NCBI GenBank assembly: GCA_965198225.1
Contig: CBDAOY010000008.1
Coordinates: 1 to 64,000 of the forward strand
DNA from: Terriglobia bacterium
Lineage (GTDB): Bacteria; Acidobacteriota; Terriglobia; 20CM-2-55-15
Direction: 5' to 3'
DNA: 64,000 bases
Within the stretch, counting starts at the first letter, position 1, and each line of letters opens with the position of its first letter. Of the stretch, positions 30,990-39,693 are shown piece by piece. Position numbers and translations under genes: made by a program. The notes under the pieces are model-generated. The model was given only the letters and a program-made list of their open reading frames with translations. It had not been told where the DNA came from and ran no database searches.

Positions 30990-32231
30990 TTAACGATTTG
31001 CAACACGAAACGGCTGCCACTCTCCGTAGGTCAGACTACGCCAGAGCCACTCCAGCGGACCGAAGCGAAATCGACGCAGCCACAGCGTCGAGCCCACCAG
31101 TTGGACCGACCACACGCCCATGACGATCAAGATCTGACCCAGACGATCGATGGAGCCGAAGAGTCCCAACCCATGCCCGTAAAAAATCGTCGTACAAATC
31201 AGTGTTTGAAGGATGTAATTGCTGAAAGCGGTCTTCCCGACCGCAGCCAGTGGGCGAGTGACGCTCCCCCAGGAGGTTGCCTCGCCCAACCAGTAGACGA
31301 CACCCAGCCAGCCGAAGCTGACGAGCAGACTCCCCCAGTAATTGAACTGCCCGCCCAGGAAAAACGTGTAGGAAGGGTCCCAACCGGAGGCAAACTGACG
31401 ATGGATGCCGTAGCCGACAAGGGGGAGGCCCGCCAGCAGGGCGAGGGTTATCGCCCAGAACGAAAACCGCAGCCCTCGATGGAGCCGGAAGAACCCCAGC
31501 TTGTAGAGGGCCATGCCGATGAGCATCAGGCCGCCGCTTCGCCAGAGGCCCCAGAAGAGAAAAACACCGGTGTGGAACTCCAGGGACTTGGCTGCACGAT
31601 CGCCCATCTGCCCCCGCCAACCACCCCGATAGGTCGCCAGTTCGGCCTCGATGCTCTCGGGGGTTGGCTGCCACGTCTCGATGAACTGCTGGCGGGCCGA
31701 TTCCGGCCAGGCAGGCAGAGTCAGTCCAGCCGCCACGGAAAGGCCCGATCCGATCGCCAGCATCACGACCCCTAAAATCAGGAGGGTCCGCGATGAGCGC
31801 CTGCGAAACAGGTACACGACCAGCCCACTCATGCCGTAGATCACCAGGATATCGCCATACCAGAGCAGGTACGCGTGAGCGGCCCCAAAAGCGATCAACA
31901 GCAGCATGCGGCGGACATGAAGAGGCGCCGCGCTGCGGCCGATCGTTTCCGCACGCTCGGCCATCAGGACGATGCCCGCGCCGAAGAGCACCGAGAAGAT
32001 GGTCATGAACTTCTGATCGGCGAATAGATGACCCAGTATCCAGACCCAGCGATGGATCCCGCTCAAATCGCCATAGGCGGTCGGATTGAAATAAGCGGCA
32101 TAGATCATCGAGAAGGACTGAATGTTCATGATCAGGATCCCGAGCAGGGCAAAGCCCCTCATGGCATCCAGGGAAGGGATCCTTTTCGATTCCGGTACGG
32201 GCCCTCGAGGCCCTTGTCTTCGTGACATCAT
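30990..32231 (-). CDS. DUF418 (YeiB-like) membrane protein
   Basis: 'RIPSLDAMRGFALLGILIMN', 'KFMTIFSVLFG', 'FGPLEWLWRSLTY'. Confidence 0.88.
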   Translation of the reverse strand: MMSRRQGPRGPVPESKRIPSLDAMRGFALLGILIMNIQSFSMIYAAYFNPTAYGDLSGIHRWVWILGHLFADQKFMTIFSVLFGAGIVLMAERAETIGRSAAPLHVRRMLLLIAFGAAHAYLLWYGDILVIYGMSGLVVYLFRRRSSRTLLILGVVMLAIGSGLSVAAGLTLPAWPESARQQFIETWQPTPESIEAELATYRGGWRGQMGDRAAKSLEFHTGVFLFWGLWRSGGLMLIGMALYKLGFFRLHRGLRFSFWAITLALLAGLPLVGYGIHRQFASGWDPSYTFFLGGQFNYWGSLLVSFGWLGVVYWLGEATSWGSVTRPLAAVGKTAFSNYILQTLICTTIFYGHGLGLFGSIDRLGQILIVMGVWSVQLVGSTLWLRRFRFGPLEWLWRSLTYGEWQPFRVANR

Positions 32232-32288
32232 CGACAGCCCTCGATTCGGGCGCAACGGTGAGATTGCTGGAGAGCACTGATTCTGACT

Positions 32289-32840
32289 TTACTCACTCAC
32301 CCTCTTGATTAATCTGCTGGATGGTTCCTGTGCCGGGTTGGCGACTTTGCGAGAGGCCTCGATCCCGGTCGCAGGGAGTTGCTCCGTGTCGATCAAGCCG
32401 ACCTGCGCGAGTACGGAGGCCTGGTCCCAGTAGATGCGCTCACCGGCGATCTTTCCGTCTTTGAACTGCACAACCACGACGACGGCGAATTCGACCCGTT
32501 TGCCCGTAGGCGGTACGCCGGGGAGTATCCACGGCATCTCGATCGTGTGGGTAAATTTGTGAATCAATTCATCCACTACGCGGTCATCTCCAACCGTGCG
32601 GGCGACCGGTACGGCTTCGGTGTCTGGTGGATGACCGGGGAGGAAATAAGTGTTGTAGAAGTGACGGACTTCGTTGAAGCCGACGCCGCCTGTCATCACA
32701 GGGACGTGATTGACGAACGGATCCGACGTCATTGTGGCCATCGTCGCATCGATACTCTTCTCCTCGAACTCGGCCCTCATGTGCCGCTCCCACATCTCGA
32801 CCATCGTCTGCTGTTCCGGAGTAAGGTTACGATCATTCAT
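32289..32840 (-). CDS. SnoaL/NTF2-like ester cyclase family protein
   Basis: 'PFVNHVPVMTGGVG', 'LPGVPPTGKRV', 'ERIYWDQASVL'. Confidence 0.85.
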   Translation of the reverse strand: MNDRNLTPEQQTMVEMWERHMRAEFEEKSIDATMATMTSDPFVNHVPVMTGGVGFNEVRHFYNTYFLPGHPPDTEAVPVARTVGDDRVVDELIHKFTHTIEMPWILPGVPPTGKRVEFAVVVVVQFKDGKIAGERIYWDQASVLAQVGLIDTEQLPATGIEASRKVANPAQEPSSRLIKRVSE

Positions 32841-32960
32841 GGTTTCTCGACCCTCCTTCTCTATATGCCGGCGTCCGACTGCGGCCCATGCAAGCCAGCC
32901 TCTCGGATCTGTATGATTTCGCCTCCTAGTCCGGGGCATGTTGGACAACCGATCACGTTC

Positions 32961-33021
32961 GTCAGACGGGTTGGCGTCAAGCCCACCCGGGGGCGGCGGA
33001 CCTCCAAACGGCTTGTTACTG
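32961..33021 (-). other. Degenerate attC site
   Basis: Minus strand CAGTAAC-AAGCCGTTT immediately after the stop codon, resembling the start of the attC at 36625-38310; R' reads GTCTGAC instead of GTT. Confidence 0.5.
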
Positions 33022-33609
33022 TCAGTTGGTGGCTTCCAGAGCGTCGAGCACGCGCCGCCCTCGCGGTGAGAGACGGTACCCCGTCTCCAGGCTTTCGGTC
33101 AGACCAAGGTTTTTCAGCTTCCGGACGTTAAGCTTGAGCCTCTCCTTTTCCTGCCCAACACGCGTCGCGAGATCGCCTGCCCGGACTCCGGGTTCGGCAC
33201 CGACCAGTCGAAGTGTGGTGAGGGTCCAGGGACCGTGCCGGCTTGCGCGGTCGAGTCGCTCGAGCCGCCCCTTGATTTCGGCCAAATCGACGGTCGTCAG
33301 CCTATTCTGATTACGCAGGGCTATTCGGGGATCGTCCCCCACATAGCTCACCTCGATTCTGTAAATACTCCCCGCGACCCTGCGGTTCAATTCCGCGCGC
33401 AATTCGCTGGTTGACTCGTAGCCGGCGGCGCGAGCCTCCCGGGTTGTGATCGACGATTGCGGCACCTGTCGAACAGCACCGATTCGGACAACACCAATGG
33501 CGGTCTTCAGCGTGCCCCCGGACCGTACGGATGGCCTTCGCCACCGACGGAAGGCGAGCGTCACTTCGCCCTGCCGGATCCCCCGCAGAAAATGGTTGCG
33601 GAAGAGCAC
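33022..33609 (-). CDS. ASCH-like domain plus winged-helix protein
   Basis: 'GEVTLAFRRWRRP', 'EARAAGY', 'KLNVRKLKNLGLTESLETGYRLSPRG'. Confidence 0.8.
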   Translation of the reverse strand: MLFRNHFLRGIRQGEVTLAFRRWRRPSVRSGGTLKTAIGVVRIGAVRQVPQSSITTREARAAGYESTSELRAELNRRVAGSIYRIEVSYVGDDPRIALRNQNRLTTVDLAEIKGRLERLDRASRHGPWTLTTLRLVGAEPGVRAGDLATRVGQEKERLKLNVRKLKNLGLTESLETGYRLSPRGRRVLDALEATN

Positions 33610-33671
33610 ACTGTCGTTCCTCGGTCAGGTCCGTCCCACGGAATTCGGCAGTTGGCTGCGAGCCGGACGTA

Positions 33672-34049
33672 TCACCCAGGTAGCAGCTCAAGCGTCGGGA
33701 TCATGCGGCGCTCCGCCGTGAACCCACGCACCCACTTTTGTGATGCCTTCGTGTTGTACTTCTCGGCATAGGCCCGGCTGCCGGCTTCCCGCAATCGCTC
33801 GCTTCGCGTGTGCCTCGCACGGACCGCGACCTCTCGCTCAGCGAGATGGACAGTTCCGCGTGGTTCGGCGCGAAAGGCGCGGTACCACCCGGTTGGGTTA
33901 TCACTCCATGACCGAACGAAAACCCTGCGGCCGACAACAACGACCCACACTCCGGTATAGCGATGTTCGCTGCCGGCGCGAATACCAAGAATCTTGGCTT
34001 GCTGGAGCGCCTGGAGCACGGGGCCTGAGAAACGGCGCTCGGTAGTCAT
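33672..34049 (-). CDS. DUF2255 family protein
   Basis: 'VWVVVVGRRVFVRSW....GWYRA', 'AYAEKY'. Confidence 0.72.
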   Translation of the reverse strand: MTTERRFSGPVLQALQQAKILGIRAGSEHRYTGVWVVVVGRRVFVRSWSDNPTGWYRAFRAEPRGTVHLAEREVAVRARHTRSERLREAGSRAYAEKYNTKASQKWVRGFTAERRMIPTLELLPG

Positions 34050-34133
34050 GTCGTTGACATCAGTCAGTTCGTCGGGGTTGGTTTGTGCCGCCTAGTGGCC
34101 CCGGGACCAGGCCGTGCGACCGGCACCGCCAAC

Positions 34134-34203
34134 CGACAACACTCGAGAAATGCTGCGGAGCCGATCGCGTTTACGGAGAGCCAGCTTCATTGTTTTGTTG
34201 GAT
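34134..34203 (-). other. attC site (imperfect)
   Basis: Minus strand ATCCAAC-aaaacAATGAAGCTG ... CAGCATTtctcgagt-GTTGTCG. Confidence 0.6.
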
Positions 34204-35181
34204 AGTCCCTTGAGCCCGGAGTGCTGACAACTCTTCGGCGATAGGAATCAGGTTGTGATTGTTGAGATCGTCGACAACATCGTACCACTCGTCGTTAACA
34301 CTGTCGGGATGCCTGGCACCAAGGATCCCCCCGGCAATGGACGCGATGGAATCGGCGTCGCCTCCCACGTTGGTTGCGAGGAGAATGACCGATCCCACAG
34401 ATCGCATCAGGGTTCCGAGTGCCAGCGCCAGTGGCACCTTGGTCAACGGTGTTTCGGGAAAGTATCGCTCCGCGAGTTCATCTGCCCCGACGTTGGTCCT
34501 CTGTTTCAAGTCGTTGCGAATCGAGCGAACTGCCAGAGAAAAGACAGCTCCCCGCGAACTTGGCCAGAGTGTCTCCGCTATGGCGGCCGCCCGCGCGGCG
34601 AATTCGCCGATCTCCTCGCCGGAGGCGCCGTCGATCGCCGCTGACACGGCGGCGGCCGTTGCCGCGGCACCGGCGATTGCCAGCGAGTCGCCGTGGGTGG
34701 GAATGGAGGCCTCTCGGGCGGCGGAGAAAATGCCGTTCAAGTTTCCCGAGGAATAAACTATGCCCACCGGTGCCACGCGGATTGCCGCGCCGCAGCCGTC
34801 ATGCTCGAGATCAACTCGCTCCGGGTCGTTCGCTTCGTGGAACCTCCACAGGGATTGAACTCCCGGGTGCACGCTCTTCCGGCATCCAAGCATTTCCCGT
34901 CCGACGCCCGCGTGTGAGACCGTGCGATCCTTGATAATCGCTCGTGCAACCGCGATCGTCCGCTCGGTATCGTCCGTGGTCTCCCCGATCCGCCACTCAC
35001 GCTTCCGATGGCCGACATAACGCGGGATCACCGAACCTGGAGTTCCCTCGAAGCCGCGAACTCCATCGGGATACCACTCGGTGACCTGTTGCCGGGAAAG
35101 CGTCTCCGTTTGCTTTCCGATGGCATCCCCGGTCGCGACGCCCTTGAGGCAGCCAATGATCCGTTCGTGTGATGTCATCAT
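34171..35181 (-). CDS. ADP-ribosylglycohydrolase (second copy)
   Basis: 'GDAIGKQTE', 'GETTDDTE', 'GCGAAIRVAP', 'GGDADSIASIAG'. Confidence 0.88.
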   Translation of the reverse strand: MMTSHERIIGCLKGVATGDAIGKQTETLSRQQVTEWYPDGVRGFEGTPGSVIPRYVGHRKREWRIGETTDDTERTIAVARAIIKDRTVSHAGVGREMLGCRKSVHPGVQSLWRFHEANDPERVDLEHDGCGAAIRVAPVGIVYSSGNLNGIFSAAREASIPTHGDSLAIAGAAATAAAVSAAIDGASGEEIGEFAARAAAIAETLWPSSRGAVFSLAVRSIRNDLKQRTNVGADELAERYFPETPLTKVPLALALGTLMRSVGSVILLATNVGGDADSIASIAGGILGARHPDSVNDEWYDVVDDLNNHNLIPIAEELSALRAQGTIQQNNEAGSP

Positions 35182-35322
35182 GATTCAGGGCGCGCTCACG
35201 CCCTGCTTCGTCGCCCGCTGACACGTTGGACGAATGCAGTAACGGATAACAAGATAGCCGCCAACAACATCACGATAAGCGTTGCAAACTTCGTTCCGGT
35301 GACCCAGGGCAGCCCTGCACTG

Positions 35323-35583
35323 GGCCTGTAACAGTGCTATCGGCACCATCGCCGATGGGTCTTGCGGGCGAGGTCGAGGAGGGAGACGGAAAGCGATGCT
35401 CTTTCATCGGTGACGGCTTCCGACAAAGAGATCGCCCGCAACCCCCATCGGCCCGAAGGGTTCGGCCCAACGGCGCCGTCTTCGGTGTCGTAACGCCCTC
35501 GCAATGAAACAGCATTGGCTCGAGCGTCACTCCTAGAATCCGACGCCGTTCCGCCGAACGCTGGTACCGATAGCACTGTTACA
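35323..35583. mobile_element. ~270 bp MITE, family A (inverted copy, ends eroded)
   Basis: Near-identical reverse complement of 11222-11496, lacking the CTAG flanks. Confidence 0.88.
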
Positions 35584-35598
35584 AGAGGCCCGCTTTGC

Positions 35599-36029
35599 CT
35601 AAACGCTCGTTTGCCGGAGAGCCGGCTTTGTGTGGGACCAATGGCTGTGAATGATCCTCCACTGCCCATCGACACGACGATAGACCTCCGTGGAATTCCA
35701 GCGGGCCAACAGGGATTCTTGCTGATCAGCTAGTTTTCCATAGTTGACGACGTTCGAACTCAACACCGCCACGTCACCGTGGTGCTGAACCCTAGGAGCC
35801 ATCATCTCGTACCGTGGATCCGTGAACGGGAGTTCGAGGTCCTTTATCGGACCCAACAGTGCTCTCATGGCTTCCAATCCATCCCTGCGTTCTTCCTGGT
35901 TTGGATCGAAGTAGGTCACCTCAAGTGCGTACAGGTCCAGGTAGCAGGTAGCCCTGGGGATCACCGGTGACCCAACGGTCGAGCGCGGATCGCTCCGAGG
36001 CTATGATCTCTTCGGATACACTAGCCCAT
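35599..36029 (-). pseudogene. DUF4440/SnoaL-like (YybH-type) protein, frameshifted
   Basis: 'IIASERSALDRW..GDPQGY' and 'LDLYALEVTYFDP..WNSTEVY..WRIIHSHWS' are in different frames. Confidence 0.75.
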
Positions 36030-36149
36030 CGAGTCTCCCCCTCTCCTGAACTGCATTGGTACAAGACGCTGCGAAGCCCGGGAAGAGGACAAAGGGATCC
36101 GAAAAATCGCTTCTGGATAGTATGGGTGCGGGCCCGGTACAACGTTCAG

Positions 36150-36593
36150 TCATGAGTCTTGTCGCTCCAGAAAGGTTTTCAGGCTTTCGCGGAGAAAATA
36201 GTCCCACCCCGCCTGGCCGCTTTCGCGGCTGAAATCTGGATTGTCCTGCGGAAAGGTCTCAATTCCCTTGTGAGAAAACTTCAATTTCGTACCGCTGGGC
36301 GTTTCCGACAGTTCCCATGTGACAGACGAGTTTCCGGCGTAACCTCCGTATCGCCAGTTGTAAGCAATTCTCCTTCCCGGAACCACGTCGGTCACTTTCC
36401 ACTGGTGTGGGTAGTCCCGGTCTTCGACCCGTACATTGAACTGCGTTTCGAAACCTACTTCAGGTTCGAAGTCAGTGATCGTCTCGAAGAACCACTGACG
36501 CATTTGATCCTTGTCGGTAATGGCCTTCCAAACCACAGCGATGGGAGCGTTGAATGTGTGTTCCACGACGATCGGGTCTGCATTTATGTCCAT
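36150..36593 (-). CDS. SRPBCC/AHSA1 domain protein
   Basis: 'FNAPIAVVWKAITD..M.QWFF', 'GWDYFL..LK.FLE'. Confidence 0.9.
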   Translation of the reverse strand: MDINADPIVVEHTFNAPIAVVWKAITDKDQMRQWFFETITDFEPEVGFETQFNVRVEDRDYPHQWKVTDVVPGRRIAYNWRYGGYAGNSSVTWELSETPSGTKLKFSHKGIETFPQDNPDFSRESGQAGWDYFLRESLKTFLERQDS

Positions 36594-36624
36594 GTGGTTC
36601 GTCCTGAAAGAATTGTCAACTGCA

Positions 36625-36723
36625 ATCTAACGTCGTTGCCGTTAAGCTGCGGGCGCGAAACAAGGCGGCGCAAGCGAAGCTTGCGACCGCTAAGACCAGC
36701 TATCCGCCAGCTTCAACGGCTTG
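36625..36723 (-). other. attC site (main part; R'' displaced to 38304-38310 by the IS110 insertion)
   Basis: Reconstructed 105 bp: GTCTAAC-AAGCCGTTgAAGCTGgCGG...CCGCAGCTTAACGGCaacgac-GTTAGAT, with extrahelical bases. Confidence 0.88.
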
Positions 36724-36808
36724 ATACTCATGAAGGCCCCCAAAGCTGCCCGCCAGGCGGGCAGGCTGGAAAGGTAACCAAACCGATTCCAAGAAGGGGG
36801 CTTTCTGA

Positions 36809-37855
36809 ATGCGATTCTATACCAACCAACATGAGTACTACTGCGGGATCGACCTGCATGCACGGACGATGTGGATTTGCATCCTCGACTCGACCGGAGA
36901 AGTCTTGGTCGACAAGAACGTCAGTGCCGGACCCGAGGAGTTTCTGAGAGTGATCGAACCCTATCGATCCGATGTGGCCGTTGGCGTGGAATGCATTTTC
37001 ACTTGGTATTGGCTGGCGGACCTGTGCGAGCGGGAAGAGATCCGGTTCGTGCTGGGTCACGCCCTGTACATGAAAGCGATTCACGGTGGGAAAGCCAAGA
37101 ACGACCGGATCGATGCCTACAAGATCGCTGTGCTACTGCGCGGCGGCATGTTGCCCCAGGCCTACGTGTATCCGGAACCGATGCGCGCCACGCGGGATCT
37201 GCTCCGTCGCCGGCTGTATCTGGTCCGTATCCGCGGTGAGCTGCTGACTCACATCCAGAACACGAATCACCAGTACAATCTCGGCCCGATTCCATCGAAA
37301 CTCCAATACCCATCCAATCGCGACGGATTCGTCGAACGATTCACCGATCCGAGCGTCCGGAAGAGCATGGACGCGGATCTGGAACTGATCGGTCACCTGG
37401 AACGCGTGATCCATGCGATTGAGGTCTATGTCCTCAAGCAAGCCCGCCAGCACGATCCCGGAGCCGTTCATCTGTTGCGGTCCATCCCGGGTATCGGCAA
37501 GATCCTGGCGCTGACGATTCTCTATGAGATTCAGAACATCGACCGATTCGAACGCGTTCAGGATTTCGTCTCCTACTCCCGGCTAGTGAAGTGTGCCAAG
37601 GAGTCGGCCGGCAAGAGAATCAGCTCCAGTTCCGGCAAGAAGATCGGTAACGTCCATTTGAAGTGGGCGTTCTCTGAAGCTGCCGTTCTGTTCCTGCGGC
37701 AGAATCCCGATGGCCAGAAATTCTTGGCTCGGCTCAGCCGCAAGCACGGCAAACCGAAAGCATTGAGCATTCTCGCTCACAAGATCGGCCGCATCACCTA
37801 TCACCTGATGCGGAGGAGGACGAACTTCGACATGCGAAAGTTTCTTGCGGCTTGA
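36809..37855 (+). CDS. IS110-family DEDD recombinase/transposase
   Basis: 'GIDLH', 'VGVEC', 'KNDRIDA', 'SIPGIGK', 'KESAGK', 'GNVHLKWAFSEAA'. Confidence 0.95.
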   Translation: MRFYTNQHEYYCGIDLHARTMWICILDSTGEVLVDKNVSAGPEEFLRVIEPYRSDVAVGVECIFTWYWLADLCEREEIRFVLGHALYMKAIHGGKAKNDRIDAYKIAVLLRGGMLPQAYVYPEPMRATRDLLRRRLYLVRIRGELLTHIQNTNHQYNLGPIPSKLQYPSNRDGFVERFTDPSVRKSMDADLELIGHLERVIHAIEVYVLKQARQHDPGAVHLLRSIPGIGKILALTILYEIQNIDRFERVQDFVSYSRLVKCAKESAGKRISSSSGKKIGNVHLKWAFSEAAVLFLRQNPDGQKFLARLSRKHGKPKALSILAHKIGRITYHLMRRRTNFDMRKFLAA

Positions 37856-38280
37856 CGGAAGGGAGCGGGAGAACCCTTTGCCTAACTGGCGTCGCTACGG
37901 TCTCATCCTCCATCGAGAATCATCATGCGTGCGGCACCGACCGCGATCACCGATTCTCATGGACCTTAGACCAGACAGCCATCTCGCTTGATTGGTTCCC
38001 GCTCCCGTTCCGACCCGACTGGTGCTCTGCCCCTCACCCGAGCCTGGAGCTAACTGGCGGCACACGCCGACACTTGAGTAGGACGGTACGAGGGTACTGA
38101 TGAATTTCTAGGTCGCGGTTCGATCCTGAACCGCAGTGCTGAGTCTTGACAGCGCTTGAACCTCAATAGGTGTTTGGTGCAGCGCATCTCGGCTGCACCG
38201 GCAATCGAATCCAAGTCGGAGCACGTCTCTCAACTTCGAATTGGCTCACTGTCGTGAGCCATGAGGATTGGTGTCGCTCT
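37856..38280 (+). ncRNA. Putative bridge/seek RNA region of the IS110 element
   Basis: No convincing ORF; hairpins at 38115-38134, 38176-38199, 38242-38261; short matches to target and donor junctions. RNA boundaries not determinable here. Confidence 0.6.
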
Positions 38281-38316
38281 TGACTCTACGGGGCCTTATA
38301 GGTGTTAGACAGCTCA

Positions 38317-38688
38317 TTAAGTGACGTGCGGCAGCGGTTCCAACTCTTCTAGGGCCGCCTTGGCTGATCGCATGGCATGCCAGAGATCCCAGTCTTGCTG
38401 TAATCCGAGCCAAAAGTCGGCACTCATCCCTGTGACGCGAGCCAACCGCAGCGCTGTGTCCGGGGTGACTGATCTCTTGCCTCGAATGATCTCATTCAGA
38501 CGGGGAAACGATACGCCCAGACGAATGGCAAAGGCCGACTGCGACACACCGAGCGGCTTTAGAAACTCCTCAAGGAGCATTTCGCCCGGATGCGTCGGAG
38601 GTTCATGGGTGGGCAGCGGGCGTGCCACCAGCGGCTTTTTCTTTGATCGGCGTTTAATGGTAGTCGGTGACTTCGACTTTGTCGGCAT
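38317..38688 (-). CDS. higA: HigA-family antitoxin (HTH)
   Basis: 'PTHPGEMLLEEFLKPLG', 'TPDTALRLA', 'FWLGLQ..WDL'. Confidence 0.92.
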   Translation of the reverse strand: MPTKSKSPTTIKRRSKKKPLVARPLPTHEPPTHPGEMLLEEFLKPLGVSQSAFAIRLGVSFPRLNEIIRGKRSVTPDTALRLARVTGMSADFWLGLQQDWDLWHAMRSAKAALEELEPLPHVT

Positions 38689-38947
38689 AGCCGTTCTCCC
38701 AAGAAAAACACACCCGGTACTGTTCATTGATCCGAATGCTATATTGGCCTGCTCTGTCGCCCACCAGTCGTTCCAAACGGTTGCCCGGCGGCACCGCCAA
38801 CTCGTGAAGATCTCGTACGCGGTTGAGTTGGGTCAGCTTTCGACGGGCTACGGGCCACAGCTCAATCAGACAGGTTCGCCGAGCTCGCCGGCTTTTGACA
38901 CCGTTGAAGATGTCCGTGGTGGCCTGATCGGCGAACGTCCGTATCAC
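38654..38947 (-). CDS. higB: HigB-family (RelE/ParE) toxin
   Basis: 'PPGNRLERLVGDRAGQYSIRINEQYRVCF', C-terminal DYH. Confidence 0.92.
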   Translation of the reverse strand: MIRTFADQATTDIFNGVKSRRARRTCLIELWPVARRKLTQLNRVRDLHELAVPPGNRLERLVGDRAGQYSIRINEQYRVCFSWENGYADKVEVTDYH

Positions 38948-38998
38948 GGACTCTATTATAACGGACTACGTAATAGTGTCCAGGGGCCGTCGTTGGCT

Positions 38999-39051
38999 GT
39001 CTAACGGTTTGTGGCTCTGTGGCCGCCGTCTGGTGCAGCCACTTGTTATAA
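38999..39051 (-). other. attC site (short, central part eroded)
   Basis: Minus strand TTATAAC-AAGTGGCTgCACCAG...GAGCCACaaacc-GTTAGAC. Confidence 0.75.
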
Positions 39052-39063
39052 CCGCTGTTCAGG

Positions 39064-39369
39064 TTAGCTGGCCTGCACGCACTTGATACGTCCGAGTTCT
39101 GCCGCCTCCGCTGCCTGCGCGTGATAGAGATCCCAACGGAGTTGGAGGTTCATCCACAAATCGGCGGTAGTCCCAAAGAACTTCGCCAGTCGAAGGGCCG
39201 TGCTTGGGGTGATCCCACGTCGACCGTTCACCAGTTCATTAATGCGTTGATACGGAACACGGATGCCATCAGCCAACTGGCGCTGGCTGAGGCCCATCGG
39301 ATTCAGGAATTCTTCTAAGAGCATCTCGCCAGGGTGAGTAGGCTGACGATGCGTTGGGATTCGGACCAT
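39064..39369 (-). CDS. higA: HigA-family antitoxin
   Basis: 'PTHPGEMLLEEFL', 'GITPSTALRLAKFFG'. Confidence 0.92.
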   Translation of the reverse strand: MVRIPTHRQPTHPGEMLLEEFLNPMGLSQRQLADGIRVPYQRINELVNGRRGITPSTALRLAKFFGTTADLWMNLQLRWDLYHAQAAEAAELGRIKCVQAS

Positions 39370-39399
39370 TGAAGCCTCCGATTCAGTTGCGACCCTTGC

Positions 39400-39693
39400 T
39401 CAGTGGTAGTCGACAATCTCCACATTCTCCGGACCAAGCTCCGTCCACACGAAGCAGACGCGATACTGATCGTTCACGCGCATGCTGGGCTGCCCAGCCC
39501 GATCCTTCTTCAGGGCTTCCAGTTGGTTGCCAGGCGGTGCCCGCAGGTCTCGTAGCGTGCTGGCCGAATCGAGCAGCTCCAGCTTACGCCTCGCGGCCTT
39601 CCGAACGGTTGCCGGGCAGACCTGACGGGCCCGCTTAGTTTCCGATCCATTGAAAATATCTTCCGTGCCACCGTCGCGAAACGAATGAATCAC
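39400..39693 (-). CDS. higB: HigB-family toxin
   Basis: 'PPGNQLEALKKDRAGQ.S.RVNDQYRVCF', C-terminal DYH. Confidence 0.9.
   Translation of the reverse strand: MIHSFRDGGTEDIFNGSETKRARQVCPATVRKAARRKLELLDSASTLRDLRAPPGNQLEALKKDRAGQPSMRVNDQYRVCFVWTELGPENVEIVDYH

Larger units (their letters stand above)
36724..38304 (+). mobile_element. IS110-family (IS1111-like) element inserted in attC
   Basis: TG core at both junctions (36722-23, 38303-04); imperfect subterminal IRs atgaaggcccc / ggggccttat; short left and long right non-coding ends. Confidence 0.88.

Noticed and set aside
24100-32290. Further attC-like fragments in gaps (~24140, ~28380, ~29860, ~30935, ~32250)
   Set aside because: Only isolated AAC/GTT boxes or weak pairing were seen, not enough to call by eye.
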